From an uncultured Gammaproteobacteria bacterium (GTDB lineage: Bacteria > Patescibacteriota > Microgenomatia > Woykebacterales > RBG-16-39-9b), in contig CAYHXX010000004.1 in NCBI GenBank assembly GCA_964360785.1, positions 5,568-69,567 on the forward strand: DNA of 64,000 nt, read 5' to 3'. A model generated the notes under the pieces. That model saw nothing but the letters and a program-made list of their open reading frames with translations, was not told the origin of the DNA and ran no database searches. The stretch's first letter is position 1. Every line of letters starts with the position of its first letter. A program made the translations under genes and the position numbers. Of the stretch, positions 8,679 to 18,121 are shown piece by piece.

Positions 8679-10239
8679 AACAGAAAAGTGGCCGCTTTTA
8701 TACGAAAACATTTTACGGGTTGGTGATCCAGACCAGTCGGTTGGGGTAGTTACACTCTGGACTGAGCGGGATGTGATTAAAGATTCACTCGAAAAGAAAG
8801 ATTACGCTGCCATTGGCAATCTGTATTCGCCAGCTGGCATAAACCACATGATGCGCAATGTTCTGGCCAACCCCAGCATTCGCCATCTAATAGTGTGGGG
8901 AGCGGATATGTCTGGTTCTGGTTCTTCTTTGCGTAATTTCTTTGAAAAAGGAATCGATAACGATTACAAGATTATTGATGCACCTGGTCAGATTGAGACT
9001 GAGATTCCCAAAGAAGCAGTCGAATCCTTCCGAACAAATGTTGAACTGATTGATATGAGAGGAAAACCAAAAGAAGAAGTTGTGAAAGCTGTCAAAAGTT
9101 TTAAAAAAGAAAAACCATTCCGAAAAGAAGCAGCTCTTTTCCCAGCCGCAGAGAAAAAAGTTGTCAGCTGGCCATCAGAGCAGATTAGTTTCCGGATTGA
9201 ATCGCCAAAAGTTGCTAGTCTTTGGTTGAAAGTTCTCAACATGGTGACCAAATACGGTCGGGTCAAATCTACCCGCTATGCCACGACCAATGAACTTAAA
9301 GAATTGCTCAATCTCAACTCTGTTCTTACAGACGAGGATCCAGACAATGAATATTTCCCCGAATATCTTCCCTTTACTACAAACGAACTGAAAGCTTATT
9401 ACCCAGAGTGGCTGACTGCTCGTCGTATTCCCGGAATGGCTTACAATTATGGTGACCGGATGCGCAATCTGGATGGAATCAATCAAATTGAAGAGATCAA
9501 AAAACTCTTACAGACTCGTCCAGATAGTAAAAAAATGATTGCATCTTTATATAATGTAAAAGTTGACTGGGCAGCAGCTAATACGGGTGACACACCTTGC
9601 ATCACCCAAGTGATTTGTGGTGTGCAAGATAAGAAACTCTTTATGACAGTCCATGTCCGCTCCCAGGATATGTTCCATGGTTGGCCGAGAAATATGTTTG
9701 CTGCCCGCAAAATGCAAAAAGAAATCGCCGACTCGGGTGGATATCCAATGGGGAAACTCGCGATGATTACTCACAGTGCCCATATGTACGCCGATGATTG
9801 GGCGACTGCACAGGAGCTTCTCGACAAGTACTATATAAAAGAAACAGCGCAGTATAAACCCGGTTTTCATTTCCAAGAAGACCCGAGGGGCAACTGGTTG
9901 GTAGACATTGATTGGGAAAACAAACTTATATTGGCCAAGTTGATGAGCCCAGATATGAGTACAGAGTTGACTATGTTTCATGGAAAAACGGCTAAAGAAG
10001 TGATAAAACAAATCGGTGAGTGGGAAATCCTGACTTTACCTTCACATGCACTTGATTTTGGAGCCGAGCTACAAAAAGCGGAGATTGCACTAAACTATGA
10101 TCTGCATGATTGGAAACAAGATCGAGCTATCAATTTCGAAAGACAGAAGGTGGAAAGCCCTGTGGTTGAAAAGTCAGAGCGAGTACTGCCGCCAACCCGC
10201 TATATCAAACGCGGGAAGAAATCTATCCCAATAAAATAG
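8668..10239 (+). CDS. thyA: thymidylate synthase (ThyA-type) fused to N-terminal MtrA-like and C-terminal DUF4346-like domains
   Basis: Central YG.R, PC, RSQD..GWP.N, HSAHMY motifs; N-terminal WP..VGDP..V.V.TL..NP.IR.LI; C-terminal DP.G..HA.D.G.EL.KAEIAL..QD. Confidence 0.85.
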   Translation: MANRTEKWPLLYENILRVGDPDQSVGVVTLWTERDVIKDSLEKKDYAAIGNLYSPAGINHMMRNVLANPSIRHLIVWGADMSGSGSSLRNFFEKGIDNDYKIIDAPGQIETEIPKEAVESFRTNVELIDMRGKPKEEVVKAVKSFKKEKPFRKEAALFPAAEKKVVSWPSEQISFRIESPKVASLWLKVLNMVTKYGRVKSTRYATTNELKELLNLNSVLTDEDPDNEYFPEYLPFTTNELKAYYPEWLTARRIPGMAYNYGDRMRNLDGINQIEEIKKLLQTRPDSKKMIASLYNVKVDWAAANTGDTPCITQVICGVQDKKLFMTVHVRSQDMFHGWPRNMFAARKMQKEIADSGGYPMGKLAMITHSAHMYADDWATAQELLDKYYIKETAQYKPGFHFQEDPRGNWLVDIDWENKLILAKLMSPDMSTELTMFHGKTAKEVIKQIGEWEILTLPSHALDFGAELQKAEIALNYDLHDWKQDRAINFERQKVESPVVEKSERVLPPTRYIKRGKKSIPIK

Positions 10240-10281
10240 TTATAGGGTTGACAAATCCTTTTTTTGTGTTAGAATCCAAGC

Positions 10282-10551
10282 GTGGACGCTTGGATGCGCA
10301 CTTGTGTGTCGGAGCGGCCTGTCTTCTCTGCTACCCTGGTAACGGATCAGGTGTTGGTGGACTTTTCCGAGGAGGAGACTCTGCAGCTTGCTGTAGAGTA
10401 TCTGAATTGGGGTGAGTTCACGATCCTGATTTCAGTATCAGTGGTAGGAGAAGGCGGGTTGGTTGAAGTACCAGAACCACTTAGGGAGGAGCTGACGGAT
10501 TACTTCCGGACGCACCACCTTCGTGGGGTTGGGACCAAGACCGCGCTCTAG
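10282..10551 (+). CDS. hypothetical protein (accessory cassette)
   Basis: 89-aa ORF directly after TTGACA-17-TAGAAT promoter. Confidence 0.55.
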   Translation: MDAWMRTCVSERPVFSATLVTDQVLVDFSEEETLQLAVEYLNWGEFTILISVSVVGEGGLVEVPEPLREELTDYFRTHHLRGVGTKTAL

Positions 10552-10723
10552 GCCACCGGGGGTTTGATGGAATCCTTGTCGACAAATCTATCAACGCAGC
10601 CAGCGTGAGATAGTATCCATCCGGTTCTACTCAACCGTTTGTGGTATGCAAAGACCACGGAGAATGAGGGGAGTGTAGGGAGCGAAAGGAGAGTGCTATG
10701 TATAAAGCATACACCTGTCCCTA

Positions 10724-10792
10724 CCTTAAGATTTTCAAACTTTGGAAAGCTTAAGAAGAGGAACGACCTAGAAATGGGTCGTTTTTCTTTTT
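10724..10792 (+). terminator. conserved cassette 3' module/terminator
   Basis: ccttaaga..ttaagaagag-aacgacc..gggtcgtt-tttcttt; near copy at 43569-43633. Confidence 0.7.
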
Positions 10793-10819
10793 ATCAAACG
10801 TATAGTATATTAGTCACCT

Positions 10820-11482
10820 ATGCATGGAAAAATTATTGATTTTGAAGGAATAGACGGTACTGGAAAAAGTACTCAGGTCAAACTTCTAATAAACTATTTA
10901 AAGAAAAACAAAAAGAAGCATAGTTTCTACAAATTTCCACAGTATCAAGCTACTTTCCACGGTAAAACTATTACCAAGTTTCTCAGGGGAGAGTTTGGGA
11001 CGATTTCTGACGTCAGCCCGTATTTGATCTCCCTTGCCTACGCGATGGATCGGGTTTCAACCAAAGAAAAACTTTTTGATGATCTCAACGACGGTAAAAT
11101 AATTATCTGCGACCGTTACGCTCCAAGTAACAAAGCCCATCAAGCTGCCAAAATGATTGAGCCAAAAAGAGCGGATTTCCTGAATTGGTTAGACGAGCTT
11201 GATTACAAAGTTAACAAAATGCCGCGGGAAGATTGGGTAGTTCTGCTTGATATGACAGTAGAGTCAGCATTTAAACTTCTCGAAAAAATCCCACGCAAAA
11301 AAGACATCCACGAGACTGAAGCAGCATACATGGAGGAAGCTCGCAAAGTTTATCTCAAAATGGCCCAGGGTAACCATCACTGGCTCGTTATTAATTGTAT
11401 AGACGAAAAAGGTAAACTCAAAAGCAAAAACCAAATTCACAAAGAGATAGTTGAGATTTTATCCCAAAAGCATATAATCTAA
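10820..11482 (+). CDS. tmk: thymidylate kinase
   Basis: FEGIDGTGKSTQ P-loop, YAMDR, DRY..SN.AHQ, DIHE. Confidence 0.95.
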   Translation: MHGKIIDFEGIDGTGKSTQVKLLINYLKKNKKKHSFYKFPQYQATFHGKTITKFLRGEFGTISDVSPYLISLAYAMDRVSTKEKLFDDLNDGKIIICDRYAPSNKAHQAAKMIEPKRADFLNWLDELDYKVNKMPREDWVVLLDMTVESAFKLLEKIPRKKDIHETEAAYMEEARKVYLKMAQGNHHWLVINCIDEKGKLKSKNQIHKEIVEILSQKHII

Positions 11483-11503
11483 TCGAATTTCGGGAGGTGA
11501 GAC

Positions 11504-12094
11504 GTGAAGGTCTATCTGTTCCTGTACCCGATCAAGGAGTACATCTACAGCCTGCTTCTGATGTGGCCAACTTTCAGTTTCAACGAACATCAAGCGAGTG
11601 AAATCAATCGGTTAATCAGGGCCAGATATCGCGAAAGAGGTTACCAGATCTGGTGGTTGCTATTTAGCGACCCTAATGACCTCGAAAAGCCAGATTTGAC
11701 TAGGATATTTGATGGAATGAATATCTTAGAGGGGGATACACTGATTCCTTGTGGGATTACCTTCCAAGACCACATCAGTAAGAAACTGTACGCGGACTCG
11801 GAGAGAGTTGTTGATCGATTACCTAAGGATATTGAAGAATTGGTACTAGGAGGTTTCCACCAGGGCGATTGTGTTGACAAGGTTGCCGCGTGTGCTTATT
11901 CACGGGGGACACCTACTTTTGTCGACGAAGATACGACAGAATACTTTTTCTCGCGAACAGGGTCTATGGGCGATATACCTACTCTTAGAGAAGAATTTAG
12001 GGTGAGTGAGTTAACTTCAGAGCGGGATAAAACTTGGATTAATTGGATTCTAGAGCGCAGAAGAAATAAACCATGGTTGACACAAAAACCATGA
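11504..12094 (+). CDS. hypothetical protein, possible cysteine-hydrolase/isochorismatase-like fold
   Basis: GGGAGG RBS; 'ELVLGGFHQGDCV...A...G...VDED' resembles the G..T..CV motif of isochorismatase-like proteins. Confidence 0.6.
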   Translation: MKVYLFLYPIKEYIYSLLLMWPTFSFNEHQASEINRLIRARYRERGYQIWWLLFSDPNDLEKPDLTRIFDGMNILEGDTLIPCGITFQDHISKKLYADSERVVDRLPKDIEELVLGGFHQGDCVDKVAACAYSRGTPTFVDEDTTEYFFSRTGSMGDIPTLREEFRVSELTSERDKTWINWILERRRNKPWLTQKP

Positions 12095-12257
12095 TAGGCC
12101 TCGACTGACAGACAGGTTGGGGCTTTTTTGTGGGGTTGCCAAACCTTTCCCAACCAGTTTATTCTTTAACTATGCAGATGTTTCTCGCCAACATCATGTT
12201 TTGCATCCATTAACCACGCAAGTTGCGTGGTTTTCCATTTCAAAGGGGAGGGTTGAT

Positions 12258-12467
12258 ATGGTAATGGCCGCCATCCACAAGGTTGAGTTGGAAAACATCA
12301 AGAGAGAGGGTCCAGGAGAGGTTATAGTCGTAGAGTCGAGCCGCGGAGTGTATTCTGGTTTTCCTTACACAGAAGTTAGGGTCAATTTCAGAGATCTCAA
12401 CCGAGTCGTTGAACTTCGTGTTTTCGAAATACCAGAAGGACAAGGTGTACAGCTTCCGCTCGTCTGA
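12258..12467 (+). CDS. small hypothetical protein
   Basis: GGGGAGGG RBS before ATG 12258; hairpin after stop. Confidence 0.55.
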   Translation: MVMAAIHKVELENIKREGPGEVIVVESSRGVYSGFPYTEVRVNFRDLNRVVELRVFEIPEGQGVQLPLV

Positions 12468-12549
12468 AGGGTTAGGACAAATTCCTTGCCCTTCTTTTCT
12501 TTGTTGACTTGGTTTGCTATAATCGAGCCCGCGAGATTATATATTAAAT

Positions 12550-12622
12550 TACACACACCGAAGCGTTTAACCCTGCATTGCGATTGTTAAAGACAATTCG
12601 ATGTAATCTTTGGTGGAGGACA
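12550..12622 (+). promoter_or_regulatory. rpsB leader (S2 autoregulatory element-like)
   Basis: ACACACAC...hairpins...GGTGGAGG arrangement upstream of rpsB, downstream of TGcTATAAT (12515-12523). Confidence 0.55.
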
Positions 12623-12641
12623 AAAAGGGAAAAACAAATTT

Positions 12642-13511
12642 ATGAGCCTACCAAGTTTAAAAGAACTGCTTGAAGCAGGTGTCCATTTTGGTCACGAGAC
12701 CAAGCGTTGGAATCCAAAGATGGCTTCTTATATTTTTACAGCCAAAGAGCGTATCCATATCATTGATCTGGAAAAAACTGATGCAGCATTGAAGAAAGCG
12801 ACTGATTTTGTACGTCAGATCGGCCAAAACAATGGTCAGATAGTTTTCCTAGCTACCAAGAGACAAGCCTCGGAAATCGTCAAAAACGAAGCTATTAGAG
12901 TCGGTGCGATGTATTTGACAACCCGTTGGGTTGGAGGTTTGTTTACCAATTTTGAAGCAGTTTCAAAAACCTTGACCAAACTCACAGAGCTTGAGGAAAA
13001 GTCCAAGGATGAACGTTATACCAAGCGCGAGCAGCTGCTGATGACCCGAGAAATCGACAAGATCATTCGCAGTCTTGGCGGCGTACGCCACATGCAAAAA
13101 CTTCCAGAAGCAATATTTATCGTTGATAGCCATAAGGAAGTGAATGCGATACTTGAGTCCCAGAAAACTGGAGTAAAAATTGTCGCAATCGTTGATACAA
13201 ATGGAGACCCAACAGTAGTTGATTACCCAATTCCTGGCAATGATGATGCGATACGAGCAATCTCAATCCTGGTCAAGACTATTGCCGACAGTTACCTTGA
13301 AGGTAAAGAAAAAGGTGAAAAGATCGAGAAGGTTATAGAAGAAGAAAAAACCGAGGGCGGTGTCGCCGCAGAACCTGTAAAAGAAAAGCCTAAGAAGGCT
13401 CCGGCAAAAAAGGCCACTGAGAAAGTAGTTGAGAAAAAGGAAGTAAAAAAGAAAGTTACAAAAGTAAGCAAGAGCTTCATTCTAACGAAAGTAAAAAAGG
13501 AGAAAGCCTAA
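12642..13511 (+). CDS. rpsB: 30S ribosomal protein S2 with Lys/Glu-rich C-terminal tail
   Basis: LLEAGVHFGH..RWNPKM, RWVGG, IPGNDDA. Confidence 0.98.
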   Translation: MSLPSLKELLEAGVHFGHETKRWNPKMASYIFTAKERIHIIDLEKTDAALKKATDFVRQIGQNNGQIVFLATKRQASEIVKNEAIRVGAMYLTTRWVGGLFTNFEAVSKTLTKLTELEEKSKDERYTKREQLLMTREIDKIIRSLGGVRHMQKLPEAIFIVDSHKEVNAILESQKTGVKIVAIVDTNGDPTVVDYPIPGNDDAIRAISILVKTIADSYLEGKEKGEKIEKVIEEEKTEGGVAAEPVKEKPKKAPAKKATEKVVEKKEVKKKVTKVSKSFILTKVKKEKA

Positions 13512-13512
13512 T

Positions 13513-13974
13513 ATGGGAGAAATAAGTGCAGAATTAGTTAAAAAGATTCGTGACGAAACCGGTGCAGGTGTGATGGATATCCGCCGTGCTCTGCTCGAGT
13601 CAAACGGTGATGAAAAAGCTGCAAAAGAGCTTCTGAAAGCCAAAGGTGATGCCGCTGTTGCCAAACGCTCTGAAAGGGAAACTGCCCAAGGTGTCATCGA
13701 AACCTATGTCCATTCGGGAGGCAAAGTTGGAGCGATGGTATTGCTCGCTTGTGAGACAGATTTTGTTGCCAAAACTGACGAGTTTAAAACCCTCGCTCGG
13801 GAACTTGCAATGCAAGTAGCAGCCATGAATCCTACGAACGTTGATGAACTTATAGACCAAGACTATATCCGAGATTCGGGTAAGAATGTGAAACAGCTGG
13901 TCAACGAAGTTATTGCCAAGACTGGTGAAAATATTCAAGTAAAAAGAATTGCGCGATTTTCCTTGGGGGATTAA
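13513..13974 (+). CDS. tsf: elongation factor Ts (short form)
   Basis: VKKIRDETGAGVMD, CETDFVA, GENI.V.R.ARF. Confidence 0.96.
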   Translation: MGEISAELVKKIRDETGAGVMDIRRALLESNGDEKAAKELLKAKGDAAVAKRSERETAQGVIETYVHSGGKVGAMVLLACETDFVAKTDEFKTLARELAMQVAAMNPTNVDELIDQDYIRDSGKNVKQLVNEVIAKTGENIQVKRIARFSLGD

Positions 13975-13983
13975 AATCTACCT

Positions 13984-14196
13984 ATGAAGCATGTACTCTT
14001 TGTACTTTGGTTTCCTTTAGCGATTACAATTTTCTTTTTCGTTAGTAATCTCCTTACAACAATTTATATTAGTTTTAATTTGGATTATGTTCCAGTGATT
14101 GGGAATTTTGGAAGAATTCTTATTTTTATCGTGAGCGCTGTACTTATTGGCGAACTAACACTTTTTCTTTACAAACGGCTCTATAAAGCAAGTTAA
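13984..14196 (+). CDS. small two-TM membrane protein
   Basis: 70-aa hydrophobic ORF filling the tsf-frr gap. Confidence 0.65.
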   Translation: MKHVLFVLWFPLAITIFFFVSNLLTTIYISFNLDYVPVIGNFGRILIFIVSAVLIGELTLFLYKRLYKAS

Positions 14197-14204
14197 ATAT
14201 AGTT

Positions 14205-14759
14205 ATGGATACTCAAATTTCAGACGCCAGACATCGGATGCAAAAAGCGATCGAGCACCTTCTTGAAGAGTTGCTTTCAATTCGTTCTGGAAGAGCAGCT
14301 CCAAGCTTGCTAGAAAGTGTCAAAGCCAATGCTTATGGGCAGACAATGAGTTTGAAAGAACTTGCGAGTATCACCGCCCCCGAGCCAAGAATGTTGATGG
14401 TTCAGCCGTGGGATGCTGGTAATATCGACAGCATTGCCAAAGCTATTCGTGACGCTGGGATGGGATTCAACCCCATTGTCGAGTCAAACATGATCCGAGT
14501 CGCAGTCCCAGCTCTGAATGAAGAAAGACGCAACGATTTGATCAAACTAGTTAATGAAAAAAGTGAAGCCGCCAGAATTGCAATTCGTTCAATCCGACGG
14601 GAAATAATTGAATCTATCGAAAAGGAAGAGAAAAATGGTAAGATCTCTAAAGACGATTCGCACAGGTTTCAAGAACAAGTTCAGAAAATAACTGACGAAA
14701 TGGTTGGTGAAATCGATAAAGTAGCCCGAGCAAAAGAAACAGAACTACGCGAGGTTTAG
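14205..14759 (+). CDS. frr: ribosome recycling factor
   Basis: IRSGRA.P, VQPWD, P.LNEERR, IRSIRR. Confidence 0.97.
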   Translation: MDTQISDARHRMQKAIEHLLEELLSIRSGRAAPSLLESVKANAYGQTMSLKELASITAPEPRMLMVQPWDAGNIDSIAKAIRDAGMGFNPIVESNMIRVAVPALNEERRNDLIKLVNEKSEAARIAIRSIRREIIESIEKEEKNGKISKDDSHRFQEQVQKITDEMVGEIDKVARAKETELREV

Positions 14760-14791
14760 ATTTAGAATTAGTTCCCTTTTTAACTAAATAA

Positions 14792-15937
14792 ATGGAATTT
14801 GTACTTTCCCTTTTGGTTGGTTTAGGTGTTTTAAGTTTTTTGGTCTTGATACATGAGGCAGGACACTTTGTTGTTGCTCGTGCTTTTGGGGTCAAAGTTG
14901 AAGAATTTGGAATTGGCTTTCCTTTTCTAGGACGAATCTTCAAATTTAAAAGAAATGGAGTAGTTTACTCGGTTAATTGGTTACTCTTTGGTGGTTTTGT
15001 CCAGCTTTATGGGGAAGAGGCCGGTAGTGCCAAGGGTCCGGAAAGTTTCTCCTCCAAAAATGTTTGGGTCAGATTTACGATTGCAATTGCTGGTATCTTG
15101 GTAAACATTGTCCTGGCGATAATTCTTTTCACAATCCTTCTGGCGAGTTCAAATTTCAAGGTCGATTTCCAATCTCCAATTGAGAACAAGTTTCCATTTG
15201 GAACTGAAACAAAATTTGTCATGGTCAGCGGTGTGAGTGAAAACTCGCCCGCAGAGAAAGCTGGAATGAAGTTTGGGGACAAGATTTTGAGTGTTGACGC
15301 AAATGAAATCGCAGGTGTCAAGCAAATCCAAGAGTATGTCAAAGACCACAGAGGTGAGCCAGTAACTTTCCAAATAGAAAATATTAATGAAAAATCTTCA
15401 AGAGAAGTTATCGCAATACCAAGAGTAGATCCGCCAGAAGGTCAAGGAGCTCTTGGAATTGGTTTAGACGAAGGACAGACACTTTCGTACAACAGCGTAC
15501 CCGAGAGGGTCTTTGTAGGGGTGTTGCATTCGATCAACATGATTGATTTCCAGATTGCTGGTTTGCAAAGCTTTCTTTCACAGTCGGTCAAAGAAAAATC
15601 AATTGAGCCGCTTGCTTCTCAAGCCTCGGGGCCAGTTCGAATTGTTGCCGTACTGGGAGTTTTGGTACGAGATAGTGGTTCGGAAGTAGTGAAAGTAGTG
15701 GTGACATTTACGGCACTAATTTCTTTGATGCTAGGAATCGGAAATCTTTTGCCGATACCAGCACTTGACGGAGGCAGGTTGTTCTTCTTTCTTATCGAGG
15801 GAATCACTGGGAAAAAGGTAAAACCGAAAATAGAAAATATGATTCATGGTGTTGGTTTCGCAGTTTTGTTACTTCTAATATTTGTCATCACTGCCAACGA
15901 CATCTTTCGCATCTTCACCGGCCAGCTTTTTGGTTAA
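14792..15937 (+). CDS. rseP: site-2 intramembrane protease RseP (M50, PDZ)
   Basis: HEAGH, EEFGIGFP, GGFV, PDZ (SPAEKAG..GD), NLLPIPALDGG. Confidence 0.95.
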   Translation: MEFVLSLLVGLGVLSFLVLIHEAGHFVVARAFGVKVEEFGIGFPFLGRIFKFKRNGVVYSVNWLLFGGFVQLYGEEAGSAKGPESFSSKNVWVRFTIAIAGILVNIVLAIILFTILLASSNFKVDFQSPIENKFPFGTETKFVMVSGVSENSPAEKAGMKFGDKILSVDANEIAGVKQIQEYVKDHRGEPVTFQIENINEKSSREVIAIPRVDPPEGQGALGIGLDEGQTLSYNSVPERVFVGVLHSINMIDFQIAGLQSFLSQSVKEKSIEPLASQASGPVRIVAVLGVLVRDSGSEVVKVVVTFTALISLMLGIGNLLPIPALDGGRLFFFLIEGITGKKVKPKIENMIHGVGFAVLLLLIFVITANDIFRIFTGQLFG

Positions 15938-16006
15938 TACTAGCTACAAAATACTTTTAGTCCACGAAGTGGCCGCAGCATGCGCTAGCGTGCTATAATT
16001 TTCCCA

Positions 16007-17221
16007 ATGCGGCAGTCTCAACTTTTTGGTAAAACTTCAAAGCAAGCTCCGACCGATGCAACGGCTATATCTCATCAATTCTTAGTTCGGGGTGGCTTCA
16101 TTGATCAGCTGATGAGTGGAGTTTATAGTTTTCTGCCGCTCGGTTTACGTGTCCACCAAAAAATAGAGAACATAATTCGGGAAGAGATGAACGCCGCCGG
16201 CGGCCAGGAAATTTTGTTGCCGGCACTTTCACCAAAAAGTCTTTGGGAAGAAACCGGGCGTTGGACAACCTACGATCCGCCACTTTTTAAACTCAAAGAC
16301 CGCCACGACAAAGAGCTTGCTCTTGGGCCAACTCACGAGGAAGTTATTACTGATTTGGTCCGCCGCCGCGTCCAAAGTTACAAAGACTTACCACTTGCGC
16401 TCTATCAAATTCAAGGAAAATTCCGCAATGAGCTTCGTTCTACTGGGGGTTTGCTGCGGGTGCGAGAGTTTGTCATGAAGGACCTCTACAGTTTTAACGA
16501 AAGCGAAGAGGATCTGGAAAAATATTTTGAAAAAATGATTGAGGTCTACGAAAAAGTCTTTAATCGCTGTGGCATCAAACCGATTATCACCAAAGCGTCA
16601 GGCGGAAGTATTGGTGGTAGCACGACTTACGAATTCCAAGCGCCGACAAAAGTTGGTGAAGATACCGTTTATTTAAACAAAGAAACAGGAAAAGCCTTCA
16701 ACAAAGAACTTCTTGACGAGATCCCTGAAAATGAACGTGATCAGTATGAACAAATCCCGGCGGTTGAAGCTGGACAAGTTTTTTCCTTGGGGACAAAATA
16801 TTCAGCGGTCATGGGGGCCAACTTTGTTGACCGTGACGGGAAGGAAAAACCAATTGTCATGGGTTGTTACGGAATTGGCCTGGGGCGTTTACTAGCGATA
16901 ATCGTTGAAGCTTTTCATGATGATCGCGGTATCATCTGGCCGGAAGAAGTCGCCCCGTTTGCAGTTCATCTAATTAGTCTTGGGAATACTGACGAAGTTA
17001 ATAAGGAGGCAGAAAAAATCTACGAAAAACTGCTCAAAGACAATATCGAAGTCTTGTTTGACGACCGGGAAGATTCCGCTGGTGTTAAGCTAGGGGACGC
17101 AGACCTAATAGGAATTCCACAGCGTTGGATAGTCTCGGAGAAGACTTTGAAAGAAGGATCAGTCGAAGTGAAAAAACGTTCAGAAGAGACTGCAAAACTA
17201 ATCAAAATTTCCTCAATCTAA
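16007..17221 (+). CDS. proS: proline--tRNA ligase (no editing insertion)
   Basis: LGPTHEE, KFRNE.R..GLLRVREFVMKD.YSF, MGCYGIG, DADLIGIP. Confidence 0.96.
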   Translation: MRQSQLFGKTSKQAPTDATAISHQFLVRGGFIDQLMSGVYSFLPLGLRVHQKIENIIREEMNAAGGQEILLPALSPKSLWEETGRWTTYDPPLFKLKDRHDKELALGPTHEEVITDLVRRRVQSYKDLPLALYQIQGKFRNELRSTGGLLRVREFVMKDLYSFNESEEDLEKYFEKMIEVYEKVFNRCGIKPIITKASGGSIGGSTTYEFQAPTKVGEDTVYLNKETGKAFNKELLDEIPENERDQYEQIPAVEAGQVFSLGTKYSAVMGANFVDRDGKEKPIVMGCYGIGLGRLLAIIVEAFHDDRGIIWPEEVAPFAVHLISLGNTDEVNKEAEKIYEKLLKDNIEVLFDDREDSAGVKLGDADLIGIPQRWIVSEKTLKEGSVEVKKRSEETAKLIKISSI

Positions 17222-17350
17222 ACCAAGTTAGTTGAAAACCCATAGTTACTCTGGTAAAATGCCTCAATCGGAAGGAGACCGCACAGGTTTCGCTCATGAA
17301 CACCTGTAGAAAGTGCTGACGGATGAAAGCCCAAACGGAGGCAACCCGCT

Positions 17351-17614
17351 ATGCCTTTCGATTGGAAGCCGCCCAACGAAGCACCGGTTCCAGATAACGC
17401 AGACCTGATCGTAGAGTCGATTAACAGATTCTGGGAAGAAAATCACGAGGCAACTATCAAGGTCATGTATAGCTACAAGTTGGGTACGATGGCTTTCTCG
17501 TTGAATATCAAAGGTGGAGATTCGCTTTGTTATATGGGTATTATTGATACCGTCGAAGCGCGCAAGATAGTAGAGATTCTTGATGAAATACGTATGTACG
17601 CGCAAGCAATCTAA
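17351..17614 (+). CDS. hypothetical protein (accessory cassette)
   Basis: GGAGG RBS; terminator agactcc..ggagtct+T tract follows. Confidence 0.65.
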   Translation: MPFDWKPPNEAPVPDNADLIVESINRFWEENHEATIKVMYSYKLGTMAFSLNIKGGDSLCYMGIIDTVEARKIVEILDEIRMYAQAI

Positions 17615-17676
17615 TAATTGCAACAGACTCCTCACGCCCTGGGGAGTCTCTCTTTTTCAAAAAGAAAAGGCCCGAC

Positions 17677-17790
17677 TTATTCAGAAGGACCTTCGTCATC
17701 TCTCTCAGATTTTGGTTTTTTGAGACAAGCTCGGATACCGGCGCTGCATAAAGAGAGGCCAATACCAATCAAGAGCAGTTTGATTAACAT
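17677..17790 (-). CDS. 37-aa single-TM peptide (MLIKLLLIGIGLSLCSAGIRACLKKPKSERDDEGPSE), not in ORF track
   Basis: AGGAG RBS overlapping the upstream stop; hydrophobic helix plus charged tail. Confidence 0.5.
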   Translation of the reverse strand: MLIKLLLIGIGLSLCSAGIRACLKKPKSERDDEGPSE

Positions 17791-17799
17791 TTCAGTCTC

Positions 17800-18033
17800 C
17801 TAGTAGTCTGTTGGGTAGCCAGCGTAGGGATCTTCTCTTTTCACCGGATCGAAATAGAAGAGGAAGTAGACCAGAAGGGCTGCAACAATCCCAACTACTG
17901 TCAATCCCACAGCTATTGGTAAGGCTGCTATCCAGAAACTACCTGTCAGGTACCAGAGAATTGCTGTGACTATGGCGATGAATATCAGATCCACAGCACC
18001 GAATATGATCTCGAAAGCAAACCGTTTCAGCAT
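17800..18033 (-). CDS. small two-TM membrane protein
   Basis: GGAAGGAGG RBS before ATG 18033. Confidence 0.7.
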   Translation of the reverse strand: MLKRFAFEIIFGAVDLIFIAIVTAILWYLTGSFWIAALPIAVGLTVVGIVAALLVYFLFYFDPVKREDPYAGYPTDY

Positions 18034-18121
18034 GGCTCGCCTCCTTCCAAAAAGATTATACACCGATTCAGTTTGTTTTTTCCCTAAAAAAAGAGTAAAA
18101 TAGCTCGTTAGCTTAAAAAAG

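Noticed and set aside
8668-9120. Methanogenesis Mtr complex
   Set aside because: Only an MtrA-like domain fused to ThyA; no other mtr genes, no membrane anchor and no corrinoid His.
17320-17335. Hammerhead ribozyme core (also near 23791)
   Set aside because: CUGAnGA core is imperfect and the required stems are absent.
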